From positions 2,170,001-2,234,000 of the forward strand of contig OZ361259.1 in the NCBI GenBank assembly GCA_977018835.1: 64,000 bases of DNA, in the 5' to 3' direction. The notes beneath the pieces were generated by a model. It worked only from the letters and a program-made list of their open reading frames with translations, did not search any database and was not told where the DNA came from. A program made the position numbers and the translations under genes. The DNA is from Minutocellus sp. GHC0000111. Its lineage: Eukaryota. Shown piece after piece: positions 57,359-64,000 of the stretch; positions within the stretch are counted from its first letter, which is position 1; each line of letters starts with the position of its first letter.

Positions 57359-59434
57359 TCAAAAATATTCACCATACACGGGAAGCTTCAGGCGCTCATT
57401 CTCCTCCCGGAGAAGTCGGTTCTGCTCCATCAGTTCTTCGATGGCCCTGGCTTGCTGTTGAAACATTGTCTGCATCTCGGTACTTTGCCGCTGAAATTGT
57501 CGGAGCATGTCCACATGGACGTTGCTAATCGACTTCTCCATCTCCTCTCGGAGGTCATCGACCTCGTCTTGGATCATGCGCCGCAGAACGAGCTTGTTGA
57601 CGGTAAGATCTGGCCCACTTGAGACATTCGCAGGTGCTGCACCGGCACCCGTGTCTTTCGTGCCAGCAGATGTTGCATCATTGGTACTCGAGGCAGAGAG
57701 CTTGGACAAAAGTGATTCCAATGATTTCTCTGCCATGGTACCGACATCATTCGTTTGATCTACAGAAGTGTCGGAGTCTTTGGTAGTGGCAATTTCCTCC
57801 GCACTGCTCTTCTTTTCCTCTTCATCCTTATTACGAGTGGCAACACTCGATGAATCAGGAGCAAAGGAGACCTTTCCAATGTTGTTCGCGGTTGTAGTAT
57901 TGTCGGATGATGGAGCACCACTGTCGACCGTGGGGCGAAGCTTTTGAGACGAAGATGGTGCTCCCTCAGCTCTCTCGGTTACTGCTGATACTGTTGTAGT
58001 AGAAGGCAGGGCCTGGTCTTCTCGTTGAGACGTTTGGTCTTGCAGTGGGGCTTTATCTACCTTGACCGACTCTTCAAATCTTGTTGCTGGAGCTGTCGAC
58101 GTAGCAGCGGCAATCGGTGCCTTCGCCTCCTCATTCCGTTCAGCAGCAGCCACAGGCGAACTAATCACAGGGCTACTGGCAGGACCGAGGGACGTAAATC
58201 TAGCATTCAGCACCGGCGCTACTGGCAGACTCTCTCCATTCGACCTACCAGGGATAAATTCTAGTGCAGACAAAGGTCCAGATTTGACGTTTCGAAGGTC
58301 ATAAATCAGAGCCCTACCATCAACCGTACCAGCCGCACAAGTAACCCCATCGGAAGCAAAGGATACCGACATTACTGCACTACTCGCATCACTGCTACTG
58401 CTCACAACATTCTCATTGACAGGCGGTCGGAACGATTTGATCGTTCGACACATTTTGGTATCGTGAAATGAGACTGTTCCATCCACAGAGGATGATGCGA
58501 GCAATACCTTGTTCATTGGAGAGAAGGCAATGTCCGTAACTTCTCCAGCGTGCCTTTGTGTCAATCGTATTATGGGTGGAATCACCGTCTTACTATTCTT
58601 TGATGGTGATGTGCTGGAATTTCCTCCAGATTCTTCTGCCTTGGCTGCAGCCTGCACATCCCACAGCAATATCGACCCATCTCTGGTCCCTACCGATACC
58701 ATCGACTTGTCCAGTGGCGAAAACTCCATTGCCGATATGCCCCCATGTCCATCCCACTCAGTGGTGCTCCCACCATCGCCCCGTGCATCTCTCAGCGTCG
58801 CGGCAAGCTTCCCCTCCCTCAGCCGGTACAGCCGCAAGGCACCATCGGTATCCCAACCGGATGCTGCCGCCACAAAGGTATCGCTCGGGTCGATGGCAGC
58901 GGCCGTGCAAATGGGACCAGTGAAGGCACTCGCACTGGATGGCGGCTGGGGGAGGCGAAACGTTCGTACCCGCGCCGTCTTCTTCAGGTCCCAAACCGAC
59001 GCACATCCCGATGCATCCGATACGACCAGGTAGCGAGACTTGCCCCCAAAGCCAAGGCCGGTGGCGGCTGCAGGGATACCAGCTTTGTTGTTGGCGGTGT
59101 TGGTACTACTCCTATTCTTGCTACCACCGCCACCACCACTTGGAAAGAAATTGCTCAAACTTTCCAGATTGGTCCCCGATTCCGCATGGACCAGCGCCAC
59201 GTTGGGCTTGTCGTCGGTCGACGTCGTCGACGAACACGTGGCCAGTACCTGTTCGTTGTGATTCCAGGTCAAACTGGTGACGACATTTGAATAATTGCGC
59301 CCGTGCGGGTGGAAGATACGGCATGAGGAGGATGCTGTCGATCCTTCGTCGCTGTAGGGGTCTACTCGGACGTGAGACGGACCACTGCCACAGTCCCAGG
59401 TAACCACTGCAGGACCGCAGCTGAGGGCAAGCAT
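57359..59434 (-). CDS. NEDD1: NEDD1/GCP-WD gamma-tubulin targeting factor
   Basis: N-terminal WD40 repeats (VWDLK, LLWDV, HAGEVTDIAFSP, LIYDLR); C-terminal coiled coil ISNVHVDMLRQFQRQ...LLREENERLK. Confidence 0.8.
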   Translation of the reverse strand: MLALSCGPAVVTWDCGSGPSHVRVDPYSDEGSTASSSCRIFHPHGRNYSNVVTSLTWNHNEQVLATCSSTTSTDDKPNVALVHAESGTNLESLSNFFPSGGGGGSKNRSSTNTANNKAGIPAAATGLGFGGKSRYLVVSDASGCASVWDLKKTARVRTFRLPQPPSSASAFTGPICTAAAIDPSDTFVAAASGWDTDGALRLYRLREGKLAATLRDARGDGGSTTEWDGHGGISAMEFSPLDKSMVSVGTRDGSILLWDVQAAAKAEESGGNSSTSPSKNSKTVIPPIIRLTQRHAGEVTDIAFSPMNKVLLASSSVDGTVSFHDTKMCRTIKSFRPPVNENVVSSSSDASSAVMSVSFASDGVTCAAGTVDGRALIYDLRNVKSGPLSALEFIPGRSNGESLPVAPVLNARFTSLGPASSPVISSPVAAAERNEEAKAPIAAATSTAPATRFEESVKVDKAPLQDQTSQREDQALPSTTTVSAVTERAEGAPSSSQKLRPTVDSGAPSSDNTTTANNIGKVSFAPDSSSVATRNKDEEEKKSSAEEIATTKDSDTSVDQTNDVGTMAEKSLESLLSKLSASSTNDATSAGTKDTGAGAAPANVSSGPDLTVNKLVLRRMIQDEVDDLREEMEKSISNVHVDMLRQFQRQSTEMQTMFQQQARAIEELMEQNRLLREENERLKLPVYGEYF

Positions 59435-60089
59435 GGCGGAGCGAGGAGCGGAGCGGATACGCGCCGATGTCCAACGTTGTCCGGTCGGTCTCAACAAAAA
59501 GACTGAAGCGCGCCGCGCGCGCCGGCGCGCGGCGGCGCGGCGACGGGCGTTTGATGACGTCATCTGAACGTCACCGAAACTTTCGCGGCGCGCGCGCGCA
59601 TGCATGCCGAGATGATCCGCGCGCTTTTCAGTATATCGTACCGATTTGAAGACTTGCTCGACTGGCGAAAAAGTCTGGCATTGTGTACTTTAGAGCGCCG
59701 ATCGGCGATCTGTCGCCAGTCGAGTAAGTCAAATGCCACGGTCATTTCGGTACGCTGTACCGAAAAGAGCGCGGAATGAGCGAAGCCGACAGAAAGGAGA
59801 ATCAGAGATCAGAAGAAGACAAGAATTGACCACTTCGGTCCTTCAAACAGCAACAGATTATTGACAAAGATAACACATACAATACACTCAATAGTACTCT
59901 CATAAGGCAAGCTTTTGAATTCGAGAATTTTCATTGAGTTCGCGCCTTTGACCTAACCGACGCCCTTTGCCACAAAATCCTTTCCCGCAATTTTTGTTGG
60001 GAGTCGAGTTAGATCCGAAGCCCGAGAATTGTTCAGGGTTGGCTTGTGATAGACGTTTCCGCCACGCCCAATAAACTTCCTTTTGAAGA

Positions 60090-61202
60090 ATGGGAGCAGG
60101 ATGCAGCTCAACAGCGGCGACGGCGGGTGCCGTCGCGCCCAATACTACGGGGAACAGTTCTGGAAGTAGTGGCGACGGGGCGTCAACAGGTCGTGCGCAG
60201 TCGTCACCATCCGATACCACTCGTCCACAGCAGCAGCAACCACACCGCCGCCGTCGGTTGTTCCCCCGCCGACCTCGCCGCCCCCCATCCGCGAGCGAAT
60301 TGGAGAGGGAACGTCGACGGGAAAGGGAACGTGCCGAGATTGAGAACTTGCAGCGCGAACTGCAGGCGATGGAGGCTTTGTTTCAGCAACTCCTTGGCAA
60401 TGCCCTGCGGGAGATGCAGGAGGAGGCCGAGGCGATGGGCCCGCCGCCGGCATCGGCCGAGGCCATCCATCGTCTGCCGACCATTGTCGTTGCCGCGGAG
60501 GATCTAATAGAGGAACAGAATCGGCAGTGTGCCGTCTGCTTTGGGAACTGTCATGTGGGGCACCGAATGTGCCGACTGCCCTGTGGTCATCTCTTCCATG
60601 GGTCCTGCATCGGTCCCTGGCTGTACAAGCGGTGCACGTGTCCGGTATGCCGCTACGAGCTCCCGACCGATTCCACCGACTACGAGGAGGGGCGGATCGA
60701 GCGGATGCGAGAGCGCCGACCACGTTTGCGACGCCATGAGTTGGATAGGATGAAGCTCTGTGAGCTGAAGGATCTGGCTTATGAGAGGCTGGACCTGTCC
60801 ACCCATTGCAATGCCTTGACGGACAAGGCAGATTTGATCAAGGAGATTGAACAGAGTGGGAAGGTGGATATCATTGAGAGTCCAGACCCGGTGGAATATC
60901 GTTTGACAGATCTAAGAAGCATGCGTGTAGGCGCACTGAGAAAGGAGATGGAAGAGGCTGGCGTTTTCTTCAGTCCAGAGGATGTGGTTGAGAAGGAAGA
61001 TATGATTCAGCTTTTTGTGCATTCGGGAAGGGTGGCCCTGCTAGATCGTCCCGAGAGTGATAGGAAGAAGAGCCTGCTAGATCGTCCCGAGAATGATAGG
61101 AAGAAGAGTATTGCTAGTGGTTGTGATGAGGAGCCCATGGATGAGAGCGACGACGAAGAAGATATCGATGCGCTTCGACGTCTGGTGAAGGCTACCCAAT
61201 AA
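60090..61202 (+). CDS. RING-H2 E3 ubiquitin ligase (RNF126/RNF181-like RING)
   Basis: GPPPASAEAIHRLP, CAVC...RLPCGHLFHGSCIGPWL.KRCTCPVCRYELPTD. Confidence 0.9.
   Translation: MGAGCSSTAATAGAVAPNTTGNSSGSSGDGASTGRAQSSPSDTTRPQQQQPHRRRRLFPRRPRRPPSASELERERRRERERAEIENLQRELQAMEALFQQLLGNALREMQEEAEAMGPPPASAEAIHRLPTIVVAAEDLIEEQNRQCAVCFGNCHVGHRMCRLPCGHLFHGSCIGPWLYKRCTCPVCRYELPTDSTDYEEGRIERMRERRPRLRRHELDRMKLCELKDLAYERLDLSTHCNALTDKADLIKEIEQSGKVDIIESPDPVEYRLTDLRSMRVGALRKEMEEAGVFFSPEDVVEKEDMIQLFVHSGRVALLDRPESDRKKSLLDRPENDRKKSIASGCDEEPMDESDDEEDIDALRRLVKATQ
61038..61109 (+). repeat. 36-bp in-frame tandem duplication in the RING gene
   Basis: Encodes LLDRPESDRKKS LLDRPENDRKKS. Confidence 0.95.
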
Positions 61203-61376
61203 TCAATGAGTAGAGCTCGGGATCAATAGTAATTTGAAGTAGATACTGATACCAGCTACGTAGTACTGTTTTTGGCACATGTTTGCTCGAAATGCCATGC
61301 AATATATATTACAATAATGTAAGCATACAGATCAGGACGCCGAGTAGATCTACTATTTTAGCTACAATTTTGGCCT

Positions 61377-63214
61377 CTAATATCCAGCCCCACCCTGTCC
61401 CATGACAATGGTATCGTCTATCTTGAGGATGAGCTTGACAACCTGCGTGGCCAACTGGAGCTGTTCCTGCTTGCCGATCAAAGTTTCAAAGACGCCCAAT
61501 TCCTTCATGTTGTACGAGTGATGCTCATCTTCGTTGGCCGGCTGAGTGCAAGCCAGACCGATGTTGGGATTGCCCTCCTTGATTTGCTGCGACTTGGCAG
61601 CCGCCACCTCCTCGATGGGCGAAAGACCCGAATTCTCCGCCAGAGCCAAAGGAATGTCGTCCAGAGCATCGGCAAAGGCACGGATGGCATACTGATCGAC
61701 ACCGGCAACCGTATCGGCGTACTTGCTGACGGCCAACGAGCACGCAATCTCGGCGGCACCTCCACCGTACACCACCCGATTGTCCTTGATGAGGTTCCGC
61801 ACGACACACATGGCATCGTGCAGTGAACGCTTGGCCTCTTCGACGATCATCTGGTTGCCGCCACGGACCAGAACGGTGACCGCCTTCAAGTTGGAGCAAT
61901 CCTCAATGACCAACATGCGCTCCTTGGTATTGCCGAACGACACCTCCCGCACCATACCCGCCTTGCCGAGCTTCTCCTCACTGAGCTCCTCGAAGCGGGG
62001 AACGATCCGTCCGCCCGTCGCGATGGCAATGTGCTCAATCTCCACGCCACCGACCCACCGGACGGCCGGGAGGTTGTTCTGCAACAGCAGGTGATTGGCC
62101 TCGTCGTCGAAGCCCCACTGACATATGACCAGGTTGGCACCGGAGTCCTTGACCTTCTGGACCATGTCCTGGAAGTACTTCTGCTCCTGCTCGTACAGCT
62201 TCTCGTATGCCTCCCTCGACGATATGTCGAGCTTGTGCTTCGTCTTGGGCTTGGGCGGCTCGAAGGGGCAGGTGAGGATGCACATCTTGGCGTCCTTGAT
62301 GGTCTTGGCCATCTGGGGGTGGCTAATGTCCTTGTCGATGACGATGCCATTGACCAACTCGGTGTCCTCGAGGGAGCCGCCGGGCTTGCCCTCCATCCGG
62401 ATCATGTCGAAGTTGACGTCGTTCCGATCGAGGTCGGCCACGTCCAGGACGGCGTCGACGGCAATCTTGGCCATCTTGCGCTTGTCGACGTTGATGATTT
62501 TGGAACTGAGGGTCGTCATGGCGGTCGTGACGAGGGGCTCGGTGTCGTCGCTGGAGAACTCGACGCGGTCGCTGATGTCGCCGAGGGTCTGGATGGCCAC
62601 CTCGGCGGCCTTTTCGAATCCCTCGGCGATGCGGACCGGGTGGATGCCCCGTCCGAGGAGCTTCTCGGCCTGCTCGAGGAGGGCCCCGGCCAGCACCACG
62701 ACGCCCGTCGTACCGTCCCCGACCTCGTCGTCCTGGGAGGACGACAGCTCGACCATGAGCTTGCCGACCTGGTTGGACACGTGCATCTGCCCGAGGATGG
62801 TGGCGCCGTCGTTGGTGATGGTAACGTCCCCGTCGGGGCTGACCATGATCTTGTCCATCCCCTTGGGCCCCAGCGAGGTGCGGACGATGCCCGAGATGGT
62901 CCGAGCCGCCAATATGTTGGCCTTGGTGGCCTCGATGCCCTTCACCCGGGCCTTGGCCTGCTGCTCCTTCAGGATGACGAAGGGCCGGCCGTATTCATCT
63001 GTTCAGATGGTGATTGGAATGAATGAATGTGGAAGCAATATATATGGTGAGACAATCGAATTTAATTCAATTGAACCACGGCGTGAGGGCATTGCATTGG
63101 ATGGCCAAAATTGTAGAGGTCGGAGCGTCGGCAGATACCCGGCCCAAGCTAGGATACCTCCGAACCCAACGAGGCCAGAACAACCAAGATACACTCACCA
63201 TATATCATCGACAT
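61377..63214 (-). CDS. CCT5: T-complex protein 1 subunit epsilon; intron 62999-63198
   Basis: [74 protein letters not shown]. Confidence 0.97.
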
Positions 63215-63545
63215 GATGAATGGCTATTGTTTTGTGGTGGGTATGCCGCTCGGGAGGCTATTCAACTGCTCTCGGCAACGCAAAGCGGACGAACCGGAGG
63301 GGAGTTGCTTGAAAAAATGAAACCGACTGCAGGACGGCGTCTGGCCGTCGATATCCCCCCAATTCTTGAAAAAGTGATGCCCCCGGAACCCCCGAAGACT
63401 CTGCCTGCCTTGCAGATAGATACAGAGCAAAGAGCTCGTGTTACATCGATCTAAAGAACTTAGTCTACTACCAGGAGGCTCTTTTACATTTTCTAGCTAG
63501 AGAGCAAAATTCTATTATTTGCTTCTTCGTTCCTGCCACTCCATT

Positions 63546-64000
63546 TTACATCGCATCCTTGGAAAAGCTGAACTTGACCAGAGGAAGATGGATGTCTTCC
63601 TCATCATCAGTGTGGCAATGAACGCCGAGATTGACATAATCGCGAGCCTCGGCGAGAGAGTCGAAATAGTCCTGCTTCTCACCGGCATCCTCCGGGCGGT
63701 AGATGGCACTGTAGGCATTCGAGACCGGACCCTCAAAGGTGGTCTGGAAGGACAGCTTCGTGGCGTCGAGGGCCTTCTTGACATTCTCCACCTGCGTCAC
63801 AAACATCTTGCGCTGACCGCTCGTTGGAGGGAGACGGCCGAGCATGGTGGCTGCCATACGAATCTGGGGCCACTGGGTGAAGACGCCGTCGGACACATGG
63901 GGCTTGCCGGCCTCATCAATGGATACGTCCCACTCCAGCTTCTTCTTGTCAATGGCGTTGTAGATGGCCTTATCATCGTGCGAACCAAACTGAAAGATGC
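63546..64000 (-). CDS. 3' end of an uncharacterised protein (runs off the window end)
   Basis: Open frame IFQFGSHDDKAIYNAIDKKKLEWDVSIDEAGKPHVSDGVFTQW...FSFSKDAM* with typical codon bias; family not recognised. Confidence 0.65.
   Translation of the reverse strand, partial: IFQFGSHDDKAIYNAIDKKKLEWDVSIDEAGKPHVSDGVFTQWPQIRMAATMLGRLPPTSGQRKMFVTQVENVKKALDATKLSFQTTFEGPVSNAYSAIYRPEDAGEKQDYFDSLAEARDYVNLGVHCHTDDEEDIHLPLVKFSFSKDAM

Noticed and set aside
62031..63216. 331-aa and 363-aa plus-strand ORFs
   Set aside because: Antisense shadows of CCT5 caused by codon bias.
1..64000. CRISPR arrays, tRNA, rRNA or snRNA genes
   Set aside because: No spaced direct-repeat array or recognisable structured RNA gene was seen by eye; a covariance-model search would be needed to exclude small RNAs.

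Overview
Gene-dense eukaryotic nuclear DNA with GT-AG introns, most likely from a diatom. That assignment is inferred from the cyclin, helicase-associated and ankyrin-like protein types, and the GAS8/DRC4 gene points to a lineage with flagellate cells. About 29 protein-coding loci are recognisable: cyclin, helicase-associated-domain protein, Vibrio-type purC, an RPN3-like fragment, two receptor-type adenylate cyclases, OLA1/YchF, mitochondrial carrier, LipB, XRCC4-like, PhyH, homocysteine S-methyltransferase, GRAM-VASt, GAPN, NIPA-like, CNOT11, MPP10, TBC, soluble adenylate cyclase, GAS8, ADE2, sulfatase, UBC6, NEDD1, RING E3 and CCT5. Three things stand out. (1) About ten genes, several of them normally essential, carry frameshifting deletions, a 23-bp duplication, nonsense codons or a truncation. 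This suggests a decaying haplotype or duplicate segment, although assembly error is not excluded. (2) Two paralogous single-pass receptor adenylate cyclases have a catalytic module resembling kinetoplastid ESAG4/GRESAG4, fused to two unrelated ectodomains (FG-GAP propeller versus solute-binding protein). (3) Intergenic spacers are built from chains of short TA-flanked palindromes, alongside MITEs whose termini match some of them. LINE relics and a short TSD-flanked insertion are also present. All family assignments come from motif recognition by eye; no database search was run.
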